Below, one piece after another: positions 34,057-46,364 of a DNA stretch of 64,000 bases. The notes beneath the pieces were generated by a model. The model had not been told where the DNA came from. It worked only from the letters and a program-made list of their open reading frames with translations, and did no database searches. Made by a program: the position numbers and the translations under genes. Source of the DNA: Myxococcota bacterium (GTDB lineage Bacteria > Myxococcota_A > UBA9160 > SMWR01); the NCBI GenBank assembly GCA_039030075.1, contig JBCCEW010000014.1, forward strand, positions 51,896-115,895. The letters run 5' to 3'. The stretch's first letter is position 1; every line of letters begins with the position of its first letter.

Positions 34057-34842
34057 GTGACGACATCTGCTCTCGATCGGTTCCGGCTGGACGGAAAGTG
34101 CATCGCCATCACGGGGGCCTCCTCCGGCTTCGGCCACCACTTCGCGGGCGTGCTCGCGGCGGCCGGCGCCCACGTGGTGCTGGGCGCACGACGCGTCGAC
34201 CGGATCGAGGCGCGGGTGCGTGAACTGGAGGCCAGTGGCGTGCAGGCCCTGGGCGTACCGCTCGATGTCCGCGATGCGATGAGTCTGGGCGCATTCCTCG
34301 ACGCCGCCTGGGACGCCCACGGGCGACTCGACGTGCTCATCAACAACGCGGGCATCGAAGCGGGCGCGAAGACCTACACGATGATCGACGAGGACGACTG
34401 GGACTCGGTGCTGGACACCAATCTGAAGAGCGCCTGGCTCGCCTCGAAGCTCTACACCGAACGCGTCATCGCCCAGGGCCAGGGCGGTGGCAACATCATC
34501 AACATCGCTTCGATTACCGCCTACCGCACCATCAAGGGCCAGTTCCCCTACGCCGTGTCGAAGGCGGGGATGGTGAAGGCGACCGAGGTGATGGCGCTCG
34601 AGGGCGCCAAGTTCGGCATTCGCGCGAACGCCCTCGCGCCGGGGTACATCCTCACCGACGTGAGTCGCGTGCTGCTCGAGGGGCCCCAGTCCGAGGGCTT
34701 TCAGAAGCGAATTCCCCAGCGTCGCTACGGCCGGTTCGAGGACCTGGACGGACCCCTCCTGCTCCTGGCGTCGGACGCCTCGAGCTACATGACCGGCTCC
34801 ACCCTCGTGGTGGACGGCGGTCACATCTGCGCGGAGCTATGA
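34057..34842 (+). CDS. SDR-family oxidoreductase
   Basis: GTG at 34057 after GGAGG. TGASSGFG (cofactor motif), NNAG, YAVSKAG (catalytic YxxxK). Confidence 0.9.
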   Translation: MTTSALDRFRLDGKCIAITGASSGFGHHFAGVLAAAGAHVVLGARRVDRIEARVRELEASGVQALGVPLDVRDAMSLGAFLDAAWDAHGRLDVLINNAGIEAGAKTYTMIDEDDWDSVLDTNLKSAWLASKLYTERVIAQGQGGGNIINIASITAYRTIKGQFPYAVSKAGMVKATEVMALEGAKFGIRANALAPGYILTDVSRVLLEGPQSEGFQKRIPQRRYGRFEDLDGPLLLLASDASSYMTGSTLVVDGGHICAEL

Positions 34843-35451
34843 GGTGGAAGCCGCCATCGGCCCCAGGCGCTCGAGGTAGCGCAGGACGTACTTCCCGAGG
34901 ATGTCGGCCTCGAGATTCACGCGATCCCCCGGCTCCCGCTCGCCGAGGGTCGTCTCTGCCAGTGTGGTCGGGATGAGTGCGACGTCGAAGCCGGTGTCGT
35001 CGACGGAAACGACCGTGAGGGAGACCCCGTCGATCGCGACGCTCCCCTTGTCCACCAGGACGCGCCGCACCTCGTCGTCGCAGTCGACGGCGAAGCGCAC
35101 ATCGTCGCCCACGCGCTTCAGCGCACGGACGCGCCCCGTGCCGTCGACATGGCCCTGGACGATATGCCCATCGAGCCGCCCGCCGGCGCGCATCGCGCGC
35201 TCGAGGTTCACGCGATCGCCGACCGCGCGATCTCCGAGGGAGGTGCAGTCCAGGGTCTCCTGAACGGCTTCGAACCAGAAGTGGCCCCGCTCGAGCCGCG
35301 TGACCGTCAGACAGCAGCCGTTCACGGCGACGCTGTCGCCGAGCCCGACCCCCTCTTCGATCGCCGGGGCTTCGATGACCACCTCGGTGATCTCCCCTTT
35401 CCGGGAGAGCTCACGCACCACGCCGACGCTCTCGATGATGCCGGTGAACAC
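34837..35451 (-). CDS. ribE: Riboflavin synthase alpha chain
   Basis: MFTGIIESVGVV..., a duplicated lumazine-binding repeat, and GDRVNLE twice. Confidence 0.9.
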   Translation of the reverse strand: MFTGIIESVGVVRELSRKGEITEVVIEAPAIEEGVGLGDSVAVNGCCLTVTRLERGHFWFEAVQETLDCTSLGDRAVGDRVNLERAMRAGGRLDGHIVQGHVDGTGRVRALKRVGDDVRFAVDCDDEVRRVLVDKGSVAIDGVSLTVVSVDDTGFDVALIPTTLAETTLGEREPGDRVNLEADILGKYVLRYLERLGPMAASTS

Positions 35452-35452
35452 G

Positions 35453-36802
35453 CTAGCTCCGGAAGCGGCGATCGATCTCGGAGAGCATGCGATCGCGCAC
35501 GGCGTCGTAGGAAGCCGGCAGCTCGATCGGCGGGTTGGGCACCGAGGCCTCGATCCCTTCGAGCTGCATCTCGTGGTACTTCACCTTGAAGTCGACGAAC
35601 TTCAGGCCGTGGGCCGTCGAGATCGCCACGACGCGATCGTTCTTGTGGATGATGCCCCGATCCACGAGCTTCTCGACGGCCGCCAGCGCGACGCCGGTAT
35701 GCGGACAGTTGAACAGGCCGGTCCGGTCGGCGCGCGCGCACGACTCGGCGATCTCGGCCTCGGTCGCCTGCTCGACGATGCCGTCATAGCGCTTCAGGGC
35801 ATCGATGGCCTTCTCGGCCGACACGGGGTTTCCGATCTGGATCGCGTTCGCGAGCGTGGGACGCGCCGCGATCGGTTCGAACACCTCGAAGTCGCGCTGG
35901 TAGGACAGGTAGAGCGGATTCGCGGCTTCCGCCTGGGCGCACACGATACGCGGTACGCGCTCGATCAGTCCGAGCTCGCGGAGCATGTCGAGCCCCTTCG
36001 CGAGCGCCGAGACGTTCCCGAGGTTGCCACCCGGAATCACCATCCAGTCCGGCACTTCCCAGTCGAACTGCTCGATGATCTCGATCCCGACGGTCTTCTG
36101 CCCTTCGATGCGCAGACTGTTCATCGAGTTCGCGAGATAGATGCCCTCGCGATCGGCCACCTCTTTCACGATCTCCATGCAACCATCGAAATCCGTGTCG
36201 AGGGCGAAGACGATGGCGCCGTTGGCCACCGGCTGGATCAGCTGGGCCACCGACACCTTCCCGCGCGGCAGGAACACGATCGCGGGAATCTCCGCCGCCG
36301 CCGCGTAGGCGGCGAGCGCGGCCGAGGTATCACCCGTCGATGCGCAGGCCACCGCCGGGATCGCCTTTCCCTGCTGCACCATGTCGTTGACCATCGAGAC
36401 CAGCACGGTCATGCCGAGATCCTTGAAGGACCCGGTATGGGTGTTGCCGCACTGTTTGATCCAGAGGTCCTCGAGCCCGAGCTGGCGCCCATAGCGCTCG
36501 GCCCAGAAGAGGTTCGTGTTGCCCTCGTACATCGAGACGACGTGCTCGTTGTCGATGTTGGGCAGCACCCACTCCTTCTTGCCCCAGACGCCCGAGCCGT
36601 AGGGCCACTCGCTCGAGTGGGCACGCTCGCGGAAGAGCCGCTTCCACTCCTCGGCCGGCGTCTTCTTGAGCTCGTCCATATCGTGGGTGACTTCGAGCAG
36701 GGTCCCGTCCTGCGCGGTGTACACGACCTCGTCGAGCGCATAGGTCTCGGCATGGTCTCGGATCGAGCGGAACCAGGCGCGGTGCGCGGGTTTGGCGGCC
36801 AT
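35453..36802 (-). CDS. thrC: Threonine synthase
   Basis: 449 aa. [15 protein letters not shown] (PLP Lys) and [15 protein letters not shown]. The ATG overlaps the hom stop (TGATG). Confidence 0.9.
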   Translation of the reverse strand: MAAKPAHRAWFRSIRDHAETYALDEVVYTAQDGTLLEVTHDMDELKKTPAEEWKRLFRERAHSSEWPYGSGVWGKKEWVLPNIDNEHVVSMYEGNTNLFWAERYGRQLGLEDLWIKQCGNTHTGSFKDLGMTVLVSMVNDMVQQGKAIPAVACASTGDTSAALAAYAAAAEIPAIVFLPRGKVSVAQLIQPVANGAIVFALDTDFDGCMEIVKEVADREGIYLANSMNSLRIEGQKTVGIEIIEQFDWEVPDWMVIPGGNLGNVSALAKGLDMLRELGLIERVPRIVCAQAEAANPLYLSYQRDFEVFEPIAARPTLANAIQIGNPVSAEKAIDALKRYDGIVEQATEAEIAESCARADRTGLFNCPHTGVALAAVEKLVDRGIIHKNDRVVAISTAHGLKFVDFKVKYHEMQLEGIEASVPNPPIELPASYDAVRDRMLSEIDRRFRS

Positions 36803-38130
36803 CAGAGGTCTTCCTCGATGCGGATCACCCGGGTCGGGGCCGTCGTGTCGGGCAACGCATCGACCCGCTCGAGTGCGCCGCGAATGGCGCCTTCCTGGGC
36901 CGGATGCGTCAGGACGAGCACCGGAACGGCGCTGTCCGTGTCCCGGCCCTTCTGGATCACCGACTCGATCCCGATGCCGTGCTCGCCGAGCGCGCCGGCG
37001 ATGTGCGCGAGGACGCCCGGGCGATCGCGCACGGTGAAGCGCAAGTAGGCGCGCCCCGACAACTCGCCGAGAGGCACGAGCGGGACCGGCCGCAACGCTT
37101 CGGGCAGGTAGGACAACGGCGCGACCCGCCCTGCTCCGCCCCGCCGGATCTCGCGCGCGATCTCGATCAGATCGGCAACGACCGCGCTGGCGGTGGGGAG
37201 TTCACCGGCGCCCGCGCCGTAGAAGAGCGTCGGACCGACCGCGTCGCCCGTCACGGCCACCGCGTTCATGGCGCCGTCGACGCTCGCGAGCAGGCTCGTC
37301 TTCGGAATCAGGGTCGGATGCACGCGCGCTTCGATCCGCGTATTCCCGGACGCATCCTCCGCGCCCTTGGCGATGCCGAGCAGCTTGATCCGGTAGCCGA
37401 ACTCGTCGGCCGCCTCGAAGTCGACGGGCTCGAGGCCGCGGATCCCCTCGGTCGGGATCTCCTTGCAGGTCATCTCGGCGCCGAAGGCCATCGCGGCCAG
37501 GAGGGTCAGCTTGTGGGCCGCGTCGATGCCCTCGAGGTCGAAGGTGGGGTCGGCCTCGGCGTAGCCGAGCTCCTGCGCCCGCTTCACCACCACCTCCTGG
37601 GCCTCGCCGCCCTTCTCCATCTCGGTGAGGACGTAGTTGGTGGTCCCGTTCATGATGCCGTAGAGGCTCTCGATGCGGTTGGCAGCCAGCCCCTCCCGAA
37701 TCGAGCGCAGGATCGGGATGCCGCCCGCCACGCTGGCCTCGAAGCCGACGTCGACGCCCTTGCGCGTGGCCGCGCCGAAGATCTCGCTGCCGTGCTCGGC
37801 GAGCAGAGCCTTGTTGGCGGTGGCGACGTGCTTCCCCGCCTCGATCGCGCGGAGGGTGAAGCGGCGCGCGATGTCGTAGCCGCCGATCAGCTCGATCACG
37901 ATGTCGACCGCCGGATCGTCGATCAGCCCCTCGGCGTCGCTGTCGAAGCGGATCCCGGAGAGGTCCACCCCGCGATCGGTCTCGGTATCCAGGTCGGCGA
38001 CGCGGACCAGGCGCAGCGGAAAGCCGAGCCGCTCCTGGATCACGGCCGCGTTCTGGGCCAGCACCTTGGCGACTCCGGTCCCGATCGTCCCGAGACCGAT
38101 CAGCCCGACACCCACTTCCTGCTTCGACAC
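36802..38130 (-). CDS. hom: Homoserine dehydrogenase
   Basis: [17 protein letters not shown] (NAD fold), a catalytic domain with [11 protein letters not shown], and a C-terminal ACT domain. Confidence 0.9.
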   Translation of the reverse strand: MSKQEVGVGLIGLGTIGTGVAKVLAQNAAVIQERLGFPLRLVRVADLDTETDRGVDLSGIRFDSDAEGLIDDPAVDIVIELIGGYDIARRFTLRAIEAGKHVATANKALLAEHGSEIFGAATRKGVDVGFEASVAGGIPILRSIREGLAANRIESLYGIMNGTTNYVLTEMEKGGEAQEVVVKRAQELGYAEADPTFDLEGIDAAHKLTLLAAMAFGAEMTCKEIPTEGIRGLEPVDFEAADEFGYRIKLLGIAKGAEDASGNTRIEARVHPTLIPKTSLLASVDGAMNAVAVTGDAVGPTLFYGAGAGELPTASAVVADLIEIAREIRRGGAGRVAPLSYLPEALRPVPLVPLGELSGRAYLRFTVRDRPGVLAHIAGALGEHGIGIESVIQKGRDTDSAVPVLVLTHPAQEGAIRGALERVDALPDTTAPTRVIRIEEDL

Positions 38131-38150
38131 GCTTCCTCCGAGGGCCGGCG

Positions 38151-39356
38151 TTAGACGGTTGCTTCGCGCAGGAAGCGGCGGATGCCGCGAACCGCCTGGC
38201 GAATGCGATGCTTGTTCTCGACCAGGGCGAACCGCACGAAACCCTCGCCGTGCTGACCGAAGCCGAGCCCGGGAGACACCGCGACCTTCGCCTCGCGAAT
38301 CAACCGCTTCGAGAACTCCATCGAGCCCAGGCTACGGAACGCTTCCGGGATCTGGGCCCAGACGAACATGGTTCCGAGCGGCTTCTCGATCTTCCAGCAG
38401 CCCTCGCCCGGCGCGCTCAGACCTTCCACCAGCACGTCGCGGCGCTCGCGGTAGATCTCCTGGTTCTCGGCAACGATGTCCTGGGGTCCACGCAACGCGA
38501 CGATCGCGCCGATCTGGATCGCCTGAGGCATGCCGTAGTCGAGGTAGCTCTTGATGCGGCCCAGGGCGTGGATCATCTCGCGGTTGCCGGCAGCGAAACC
38601 CACGCGCCAGCCGGCCATCGAGTGGCTCTTCGAGAGCGACAGGAACTCGATCGCGACGTCGCGCGCGCCCGGCACCTCGAGGATGCTGGGCGGCTTGTAG
38701 CCGTCGAAACACACCTCGGCGTAAGCGAAGTCGTGGAGCACCATCAGATCGTGCTCCTTCGCGAAGGCCACGATCCGCTCGAAGAATGCGCGATCCACCA
38801 CGCACGTCGTCGGATTGTGCGGGAACGACAGGATCAGCATCTTCGGCTTCGGCCAGGTGCGGGAGATGGCCTGCTCGAGATTCGCGATGAAGTCCGTGTC
38901 CGGCGACAGGGGCACGTGGCGCAGGTCGCCCCCGGCGATGATCACCGAGTACTGGTGGATCGGATACGCGGGGTCCCCACAGAGCACGACGTCTCCAGGG
39001 CCGATCGTCATGAGCACGAAGTGGGAGAGCCCCTCCTTCGCGCCGATCACGGCGATCGCTTCGCTGTCGGGATCGATCTCGACGCCGTGGTTGCGCTGGT
39101 ACCACTCGCTGCACGCCGCGCGCAGGTTCGGGATCCCCTTCGAGGCGGAGTAGCGGTGATTGCGCGGATTGCGCGCCGCCTCGACGATCTTCTCGACCAC
39201 GTGGGAGGGCGTCGCCAGATCGGGATTCCCCATCCCGAGGTCGATGATGTCCTCGCCGGCGCGCCGCGCGGACTTCATCAAATCGATCACCTCGGCCAGG
39301 ATGTACGGCGGAAGGCGATTCAGCTTGTCGAAGTGGTGATGGATCGGATCGCTCAT
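38151..39356 (-). CDS. Class I/II PLP-dependent aminotransferase (AlaC/AspC-like)
   Basis: ATG at 39356. LPPYILAEV...DLGMGNPD...[14 protein letters not shown]...[16 protein letters not shown] (PLP Lys). 401 aa. The upstream 392 codons of the track ORF are non-coding. Confidence 0.85.
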   Translation of the reverse strand: MSDPIHHHFDKLNRLPPYILAEVIDLMKSARRAGEDIIDLGMGNPDLATPSHVVEKIVEAARNPRNHRYSASKGIPNLRAACSEWYQRNHGVEIDPDSEAIAVIGAKEGLSHFVLMTIGPGDVVLCGDPAYPIHQYSVIIAGGDLRHVPLSPDTDFIANLEQAISRTWPKPKMLILSFPHNPTTCVVDRAFFERIVAFAKEHDLMVLHDFAYAEVCFDGYKPPSILEVPGARDVAIEFLSLSKSHSMAGWRVGFAAGNREMIHALGRIKSYLDYGMPQAIQIGAIVALRGPQDIVAENQEIYRERRDVLVEGLSAPGEGCWKIEKPLGTMFVWAQIPEAFRSLGSMEFSKRLIREAKVAVSPGLGFGQHGEGFVRFALVENKHRIRQAVRGIRRFLREATV

Positions 39357-39487
39357 CGCGGCCTCGCGGAGACCCGGCCCACGGGCGGGATGCCGAGCCG
39401 GATGCGGCGCCCGGAGGTCGTCGCCCGCTCGAGCGAGGACGCCGGAAATCCCGCAATTGGGCAAGATTATTGGAAATTTCGGCCGGA

Positions 39488-41707
39488 TCAAGACGGCGCG
39501 GGCGACGCTCTCCCGAAGCCCCGCACGAGCAGCGCCAGGCCCACGAGCCCGCCGACGAGCACCCAGCCCGGCGCCAGGGAGACGCCCGCCCAGAGGGGCG
39601 CGTATCCCAGCGCGAGGACCGTCCCGGCCACACAGAGGGCGTAGGGCGCCTGGGTGCGCACGTGGTCCAGATGGTCGCAACCGGTGGCCAGCGCCGAGAG
39701 GACGGTCGTGTCCGAGATCGGCGAGCAGTGGTCCCCGAAGATCGCCCCGTCGAGGACGGCCGCGACCGCCCAGACCACCAGGAAGAGCCCGCTCCCGTCG
39801 GCCGCGCCCAGGCTCGCGGCCAGGGGGATCGCATTGGGCAGCAGGATCGACATCGTCGACCAGGACGAACCAGTGGCGAACGCCACCAGGGCCGATGCCA
39901 CGAAGAGCATCGCGGGCAGCCAAGCCGCCGGCAGCGCGTCGGAGAGCAAGGCGGCGAGATAGGGTCCGGTCCCGAGGTCGCCGCAGACCGCACCGATCAT
40001 CCACGCCAGGAAGAGCAGACCGACCGCGAAGCCGACGGTGGGTCCCGCTCCGGCGGCCGCTCGCGCCATCTCCGGAACCGTGAGGTGCGGACGCGGGTCG
40101 GGCTCTCCGAGCGCGGTCATCCGGGCCGTCACCGCGACGCTGCCCAACACGCCGCCCGCCACCGCTCCCCAGCCGCCGATCCCGAACAGGGCGTAGAGCA
40201 CCCCCGCGAGCCCGGCGCCGGACACCAGCCCCCAGCGGAGCGGCCGCGAACCCGCGAGGAACATGGCGACGGCCAGCCCGACGAGTGCACCATGGAACGT
40301 GGCCGCCGCGCCGCTGCCCGCGAAGAGCACGGCCCGCCAACGCGTCAGATCGCGCCAGGCGCCCTCGCCGAGTAGCGCAACCGCGCCGCCCGCGATCGCG
40401 ATCGCCGCGACCGTCGCGAAGAGGGTCGCCAGCAGGGGCCACACGGCGCGGTGGGCGGCAGGCCCCAGACCCGGTTTCGGCTCGAGCGCACTCAGCGATG
40501 CGACCATCCCCGGCTGGGCTCCCGGTGCCCACAGCGCTCCCGTGGTCCGCGCGCGCACCTCGGCGCGACGCATCGGGCCGAAGTCGCGTCCGCTCCAGGC
40601 GATCAGAAAGACGAAGGCCAGGGTGAGCCAGCAGTAGTAGCGGTACGGCAGTGACGCCACGAACACCGCATAGCCGTCAGCGTCGATGCCGACGGCGGGC
40701 AATTGGGGTGCGTACACCGACACCTGGAACGCGATCCAGGTCGACAGCAGGGCCACACCCGCGACGGGCGCGGCGGTGCTGTCGACCAGGTAGGCGAGCT
40801 TCTCGCGAGAGATCCGCAGCCGGTCCGTGAGCGGCCGCAGGCTGTTTCCGACGAGCATGCAGTTGGCGTAGTCGTCGAAGAAGAGCACCAGCCCCGAGCC
40901 GAAGGTGGTGAGCTGTCCCGAGCGGGCGTCGCGCGCGAAGCGCAAGGCCCGCTCGACCAGCCCGGCGACCCCACCCGCGCGCGTCATGATGCCGACCATC
41001 GCCAGCAGGACGACCACGAAGGCGAGGATCTCGAAGCGGAAGCTGCTCGTGAGCTCGCGCCACAGATCGCGTCGCACGACGTCGAGGGTGCCGCTCCAGA
41101 GGCTCCACGCCCCCTGCCCTTCCCCGGCAGCCCGCACGAGCGACCCGCACCAGACGCCCCCGAGCAGCGCCGGCAGGGTGCGGCGCCACCAGAGCGCGAG
41201 CGCCACCGCGACGAGGGGCGGTAGCAGCGCCCACCGGCTGGGGAGTCGTCGCACCTCGGACGGCCCCAGGCGCTCGCGTGCATCCGGTGTCTCGAGGAAG
41301 GCCTCGACCGCGAGCTCGGCGCCGGCCGGCACGACCGTCACGACGAAGCGCGGCAGGTCCTGGCCCGTCGGGAGGGGCGGCGACAGTCCGGTCGGCGGGC
41401 GCTCGCGAAAGGCGTTCAGCCCACTGCGCAGGGCCCGGAGCAGACGCTCGTCTTCCCGCGCCGCGCCGTCGACACGGACCTCGACCGAGACGGTGCCGTT
41501 CGGGACGCGCTCGGCGAGTGCGCCGAGGACCGACGGGGCCCCTTCCCGCGCCCGCGCCGCGTCCAGGCGCAGCCAGTCCGCCAGGCTCTGCGACCAGCGC
41601 GACGCGTCGGGCACGTCGGGCCTGAGCAGCCCGAGCGCGCAAAGCACAAGCAGGGCCAGCCCCCGGAAGGGACGGCCCTGCTCGACTTGGATCGGATGCT
41701 GGGACAC
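39488..41707 (-). CDS. NhaC-family Na+/H+ antiporter-like membrane transporter with an N-terminal extension
   Basis: GTG at 41707 lies 8 nt after [50 protein letters not shown] is the NhaC-type signature. More than 12 TM segments. Confidence 0.75.
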   Translation of the reverse strand: MSQHPIQVEQGRPFRGLALLVLCALGLLRPDVPDASRWSQSLADWLRLDAARAREGAPSVLGALAERVPNGTVSVEVRVDGAAREDERLLRALRSGLNAFRERPPTGLSPPLPTGQDLPRFVVTVVPAGAELAVEAFLETPDARERLGPSEVRRLPSRWALLPPLVAVALALWWRRTLPALLGGVWCGSLVRAAGEGQGAWSLWSGTLDVVRRDLWRELTSSFRFEILAFVVVLLAMVGIMTRAGGVAGLVERALRFARDARSGQLTTFGSGLVLFFDDYANCMLVGNSLRPLTDRLRISREKLAYLVDSTAAPVAGVALLSTWIAFQVSVYAPQLPAVGIDADGYAVFVASLPYRYYCWLTLAFVFLIAWSGRDFGPMRRAEVRARTTGALWAPGAQPGMVASLSALEPKPGLGPAAHRAVWPLLATLFATVAAIAIAGGAVALLGEGAWRDLTRWRAVLFAGSGAAATFHGALVGLAVAMFLAGSRPLRWGLVSGAGLAGVLYALFGIGGWGAVAGGVLGSVAVTARMTALGEPDPRPHLTVPEMARAAAGAGPTVGFAVGLLFLAWMIGAVCGDLGTGPYLAALLSDALPAAWLPAMLFVASALVAFATGSSWSTMSILLPNAIPLAASLGAADGSGLFLVVWAVAAVLDGAIFGDHCSPISDTTVLSALATGCDHLDHVRTQAPYALCVAGTVLALGYAPLWAGVSLAPGWVLVGGLVGLALLVRGFGRASPAPS

Positions 41708-41750
41708 GCCAGACGCCTCCGCAGACCGGAGGTCGGCGACGCCGCTGGGA

Positions 41751-43793
41751 TCAGCCCAGGAAGGGGATGATCAACAGCGCGACGACGTTCACGAGCTTGA
41801 GCATCGGGTTGATGGCCGGGCCCGCGGTGTCCTTGTAGGGGTCACCCACGGTGTCGCCGGTCACGGCGGCCTTGTGGGCTTCGGACCCCTTGCCGCCGTA
41901 CTGGCCCATCTCGATGTACTTCTTGGCGTTGTCCCAGGCCGCGCCACCGGTGGTCATGGAGAGCGCCACGCAGACGCCCGACACGATCGAACCGATCAGC
42001 AGACCGCCGAGCGCCTGGGGGCCCATCGCGAGGCCGACGATGATCGGGATCGCCGCCGGAATCAGCGCGGGCGCGATCATCAGCTTCAGCGCCGACTGGG
42101 TCACGATGTCGACGCAGGTCCGGTAGTCGGGCTTGCCCGTGCCTTCCATGATGCCGGGGATGTCGCGGAACTGGCGACGCACCTCTTCGACGACGGCTCG
42201 ACCCGCTTCGCTGACCGCGTCCATCGCGAAGGAGGCGAACACGAACGGGATCATCGCTCCGATGAAGAGCCCGGCCAGCACGCTGGTGTCGGCCAGGTTG
42301 AAGTCGACCTGGATCCCGCCAAGACGCTGGAGGTCTTCGATGTAGGTGGCGAAGAGCACGACCGCAGCCAGACCCGCCGAGGCGATCGCGTAGCCCTTGG
42401 TCACCGCCTTCGTCGTGTTGCCGAAGGCGTCGAGCGGGTCGGTGACGTTGCGCACCTCGTCGCCCAGCTCCGCCATCTCGGCGATACCACCTGCGTTGTC
42501 GGTGATCGGGCCGTAGGCGTCGATCGAGACCACGATGCCGGCGAGCGAGAGCATCGACATCGCCGCGATCGACACGCCGAAGAGACCGGCGAGCGCGTAG
42601 GTGGACATGATGGCGAGCACGATCACGACCACCGGCACCACCGTCGACTGCATGCCCACGGCGAGACCGCTGATCACGTTCGTGCCGTGTCCGCCCTCAC
42701 TGGCGCGGGCGATGCGGTCGACGTAGCGCGATCCGTCGCCCGTGTAGACGTCGGTGATCCACATCATGACCGCGGTCACACCGCCGCCGACCGCCGTGCA
42801 GAGCACCAGGCTGAACCAGCCGAGCTCGTTGCCACCGATGTCGGCGTCGGCGATGTCACCGATGAAGAGGCTCAGGACGGCCGTCAGCAGGATCATGATG
42901 CCCGTCGACACCGCGAGGCCGCGATACATCGCGCCCATCACGGCCGGCTGCTGACCGGGCGCGGGCTCGTCGATCGACACGAACTTCAGGGCCACGAGGC
43001 TGCCGACGATGCCCGCGACACCCACGAGCAGCGGGTAGAGGAACATGTCGCTCTGCTCGGGGAAGATGATGTGGGCCAGCAGCATCGCCGCCGCGGCCGT
43101 CACGCCGTAGGTCTCGAAGAGGTCGGCCGCCATGCCCGCGCAGTCGCCGACGTTGTCGCCCACGTTGTCGGCGATCACCGCCGGGTTGCGCGGATCGTCC
43201 TCGGGGATGTTCGCCTCGACCTTGCCGACGAGGTCCGCACCGACGTCGGCGCCCTTCGTGAAGATGCCGCCGCCCAGGCGTGCGAAGACCGAGATCAGCG
43301 AGCCGCCGAAGGCGAGCCCCACGAGCGCGTCGGGCGCGTGGTAGTCGGCCATGTGCATGCAGAGCACCAGGAAGGCGAGGGAGAGCAGGCCCGCACCGAC
43401 CACCATCAGGCCGGTCACCGCACCCCCTTGGAAGGCGAGATCGAAGGCGCGACCGAAGCCCGACTTCGCCGCCTCGGCGACCCGCAGGTTCGCGCGCACC
43501 GACACGTTCATGCCGATGAAGCCCGCCGCCGCACTCGCCAGTGCGCCGACGACGTATCCGAAGGCGTACCACTTGCCCAGGAAGAGCAGCAGCAGGAAGA
43601 GGATGGGAGCCCCCACGATGGCCACGGTGCGGTACTGGCGCGAGAGGAAGGCTTCGGCGCCGGCCCGGATCGCGTCGGCAATCTCGTTCGCGCGCTCGGT
43701 GCTGGTCGGGGCGCCGATCACCCGGCGGTAGAGCCCCACACCCACCGCGATGGCGGCGACGGCGGCGATCAGGGAAAGGACGATCTGGACCAT
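41751..43793 (-). CDS. hppA: Membrane-bound proton-translocating pyrophosphatase, K+-independent type
   Basis: ATG at 43793. [21 protein letters not shown] and GGAWDNAKK motifs. The GNTTKA motif (Lys rather than Ala) marks K+-independent H+-PPases. Confidence 0.9.
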   Translation of the reverse strand: MVQIVLSLIAAVAAIAVGVGLYRRVIGAPTSTERANEIADAIRAGAEAFLSRQYRTVAIVGAPILFLLLLFLGKWYAFGYVVGALASAAAGFIGMNVSVRANLRVAEAAKSGFGRAFDLAFQGGAVTGLMVVGAGLLSLAFLVLCMHMADYHAPDALVGLAFGGSLISVFARLGGGIFTKGADVGADLVGKVEANIPEDDPRNPAVIADNVGDNVGDCAGMAADLFETYGVTAAAAMLLAHIIFPEQSDMFLYPLLVGVAGIVGSLVALKFVSIDEPAPGQQPAVMGAMYRGLAVSTGIMILLTAVLSLFIGDIADADIGGNELGWFSLVLCTAVGGGVTAVMMWITDVYTGDGSRYVDRIARASEGGHGTNVISGLAVGMQSTVVPVVVIVLAIMSTYALAGLFGVSIAAMSMLSLAGIVVSIDAYGPITDNAGGIAEMAELGDEVRNVTDPLDAFGNTTKAVTKGYAIASAGLAAVVLFATYIEDLQRLGGIQVDFNLADTSVLAGLFIGAMIPFVFASFAMDAVSEAGRAVVEEVRRQFRDIPGIMEGTGKPDYRTCVDIVTQSALKLMIAPALIPAAIPIIVGLAMGPQALGGLLIGSIVSGVCVALSMTTGGAAWDNAKKYIEMGQYGGKGSEAHKAAVTGDTVGDPYKDTAGPAINPMLKLVNVVALLIIPFLG

Positions 43794-44051
43794 GAGTTGG
43801 GATCTCCAAGCTGGTGGGGTGCCGCGCGTCGCGCACACCGGTGGCTGGAACGGAAAGCGGGAGCCAGGCTGACGCCCTCCCCTCGCTCGCTGTGGCGCGG
43901 CCCAGCCGCTCTGCAGCGCGGGCCCTTCGGGGAAAGCCGTTCGCTCCCGGCGGCAACGCCTCCCCGGACAGGAGCCCGGGCGCGTGCCGGCGGCGGAAGG
44001 CGCCCGCGGCCGCGCAGTCGGATGACGCGCAGTCCGTGGGCGGCCGGGAAA

Positions 44052-46118
44052 CTAGGCGTCCCCACCGGGAATTTCCAGAGGCAGCCGCGCGATTTCCGGC
44101 TCCCCCGTGCGCGCCACGCCCCGGACGCCGCGGGTCCGGGCCGGCTCGTCGCGCACGCAGTGTCGGCGCGCCTCCCGGTAGAACGAGCGGCGCGCCAGCC
44201 CCAGACCCGGCGGCGTCCCCGCGCCGGCGGGCTCGAGGATCAACAGGGCCCGACGTCCCACGCTCCAGTGAAGGTTCTCCCCGGTGCCGACGCCGTGCGG
44301 ATACCCCCGGGGTCCACCACAGAGCGGAGTCGAGCTGGGAACGGCAACGCCGATCTCGCCCTCCTCGGGTCGCTCCGACCGCGCCGCCTGCAAGACCGCC
44401 CGATTGTGTCTCGCTGCCCGGAGCTCGGGGGACGCCTCCAGGGCCCGCGCCAAAGCACGCTCGGCCGCCGCCCATTCTCCTTCCGAAGCCGCCAGGGCCC
44501 CGTGGTTCGAGAAGTCCCCGGGCGTCGACGGAGGGCCCCATGTCGCGCGCGCACGTTCCGGCTCTCCGGCCAGGGCCCAGGCCACGCCGAGCGCCCGGTC
44601 GCGGTCCGGATCGCTCCGCCCACGCCGCGCGTCCAGCTCCCCCGCCCGCCGGTAGAGCGCCGCCGCGCGTGCCGGAGCGCCGTCGGCCAGCTCGGTGGCC
44701 GCCCAGTGGTTCAGCCAGACCGCTGCGTCCTCCGACCCGCCGCTGCTCTCGACGAGGGTCCGGTAGGCGCGACGTGCGGCTCCGTAGTCTCCCAGCGCGT
44801 AGTGCATCGCCCCGAGAGCGGGACTGTCGGGGCGCCCGGTCCCGAAGGCCTCGAGCGTGCGCGCGGCCGTCGCGGCGAAACACAGCACCAGCGCCACGAC
44901 CGCCAGCGTCGAGAAGCCGGCACCGCGGCGATGGAGCGCGACGAGCCCCCGCGCCATTCCCAGACCGAACGGCAGCGAGAGCTGTAATAGATAGGAGGCC
45001 TTGAGCGCCGACCAGATCGGAACCGTCCAGGCGAACACCGCGAACGCGCCCAACACCGCCGCCGCGTAGGCGGTCGCGAGGGCGATCGCGGCTCGCTGCC
45101 GCGTTCGGCGCATGTCTCGCCAGACGAGCACGACACCGACCCCCGCGAGCAGCGTGGGCAGCAGTCCCAGGACGCTCGGCCAACCCGGCGGCGCTTCGAC
45201 GGCGGCAGGGGCGGCGGCCATCACGTCTCCCCAGACCCCGGCATAGGCCGTGCCCCAGACCGATCCCAACAGCGCCTCGGAGCGGGGATCCGGTGCGGTG
45301 AAGACGGCGGCCGGAACCGCGAGGTAGTCCATGACGCGGCGCTGGCCGGGCGCCTGGCCCGATTCGACCCACGCCACCGCTTCGACGCTCCGGGACGTGG
45401 GAATCGGCGTCCCGAACTCGGAGACGTTGCGCAGGTAGAGCGGGCTCGCGACGACCACCGCGACCCCCGCCGCGATGAGGACGCGTCGGGCTCCGCCGCG
45501 TCCCAGGAAGACGGCGGCGGCCAGCCAGGCCATCACGATCAGCAGCCCGTTGTACTTCGTCCACAAGGCGAGCCCCGCCAGGACGCCCGCGCCGACCGTG
45601 CGCCAGACCTGGGGCGCGTCCCGCACCTCGTTCGACAGGAACGCGACGAAGGCCGCAGCCGAGAACGCCGTGACGAGGGCTTCGTTCCCGACCATGCCGC
45701 TGGCGATCACGTGCACCGGCAGACAGGCCACACATCCCGACACCAGCGCTGCGAGGCCGCGGGTGCCGGGAAACACGAGTCGCACCGCCCCGCCGGCCAG
45801 CGCGGCGGTGCCGAGGCTCGCCAGCGCCGACACGCCCAGCATGCCACGCGCCAACGTCAGGGCATCACCGCTCCCTACGAACGGAAGCGAGAAGACGTAG
45901 TGCAATGGAGGGTGGAAGTAGGACCACCCTTGGTCTGCCCAGGGAAGCGCACGAAAGGTGTCGAGGAAGAGCACGTAGGACACGTGGCCCCACGCGTCGT
46001 ATCCCCAGAGGAGCGGAGCCTGCCAGGCTTCCCAGACGCGCACGGCGACGGCAATGGCCCACAGCGCACAGCCTGCGACTCGCCAGCCAAGGGCCTCCGC
46101 GTCATCGGTGCCGAGCAT
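44052..46118 (-). CDS. GT-C-fold (PMT_2/ArnT-like) membrane glycosyltransferase fused to C-terminal TPR repeats
   Basis: ATG at 46118 after GGGGAGGA. The N-terminal ~430 aa are polytopic, with an early-loop motif LLWGYDAWGHVSYVLF. The C-terminal ~230 aa are TPR-like (AMHYALGDYGAARRAYRTLVE..., AAERALARALEASPELRAARHNRAVL). Confidence 0.6.
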   Translation of the reverse strand: MLGTDDAEALGWRVAGCALWAIAVAVRVWEAWQAPLLWGYDAWGHVSYVLFLDTFRALPWADQGWSYFHPPLHYVFSLPFVGSGDALTLARGMLGVSALASLGTAALAGGAVRLVFPGTRGLAALVSGCVACLPVHVIASGMVGNEALVTAFSAAAFVAFLSNEVRDAPQVWRTVGAGVLAGLALWTKYNGLLIVMAWLAAAVFLGRGGARRVLIAAGVAVVVASPLYLRNVSEFGTPIPTSRSVEAVAWVESGQAPGQRRVMDYLAVPAAVFTAPDPRSEALLGSVWGTAYAGVWGDVMAAAPAAVEAPPGWPSVLGLLPTLLAGVGVVLVWRDMRRTRQRAAIALATAYAAAVLGAFAVFAWTVPIWSALKASYLLQLSLPFGLGMARGLVALHRRGAGFSTLAVVALVLCFAATAARTLEAFGTGRPDSPALGAMHYALGDYGAARRAYRTLVESSGGSEDAAVWLNHWAATELADGAPARAAALYRRAGELDARRGRSDPDRDRALGVAWALAGEPERARATWGPPSTPGDFSNHGALAASEGEWAAAERALARALEASPELRAARHNRAVLQAARSERPEEGEIGVAVPSSTPLCGGPRGYPHGVGTGENLHWSVGRRALLILEPAGAGTPPGLGLARRSFYREARRHCVRDEPARTRGVRGVARTGEPEIARLPLEIPGGDA

Positions 46119-46364
46119 CGGCCTGGATTCCTCCCCGCTCTCGCGCCGGAGGCATCCTACCCCTCTCCGCTGGCTTTCCGGCACGCCTCCCGGGGGCCGA
46201 CGCATCGCTGCAACCGCAGCGCCCGAGCGGCCGGACGCCCTATTCTCAGGAACTCGACCCGCCCGCCAGGCGTCTCAACTTCGACCCCCCGGACCGAGGC
46301 ACCGATCCGCCCCTATGTCGCGACGCGTCCCCGCTCTCCATCGCTGCCGCACCGGGTTCGCCGG

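Noticed and set aside
39458-39473. Sigma54-like element GGCAAG-ATTA-TTGG on the plus strand
   Set aside because: The invariant -12 GC is GG. The element also points into the 3' end of a minus-strand gene, so it has no gene to drive.
40905-44987. 1360-aa plus-strand ORF, the longest in the track. Similar giants are 28180-31632 (1150 aa), 42856-45735 (959 aa) and 23387-25813 (808 aa).
   Set aside because: They run antisense to, or out of frame with, genes that have unmistakable homology (hppA, NhaC-like, patatin, mscL and others). Their translations are Arg/Ala/Gly/Pro-rich low-complexity strings typical of non-coding frames in ~70% GC DNA, where stop codons are rare.
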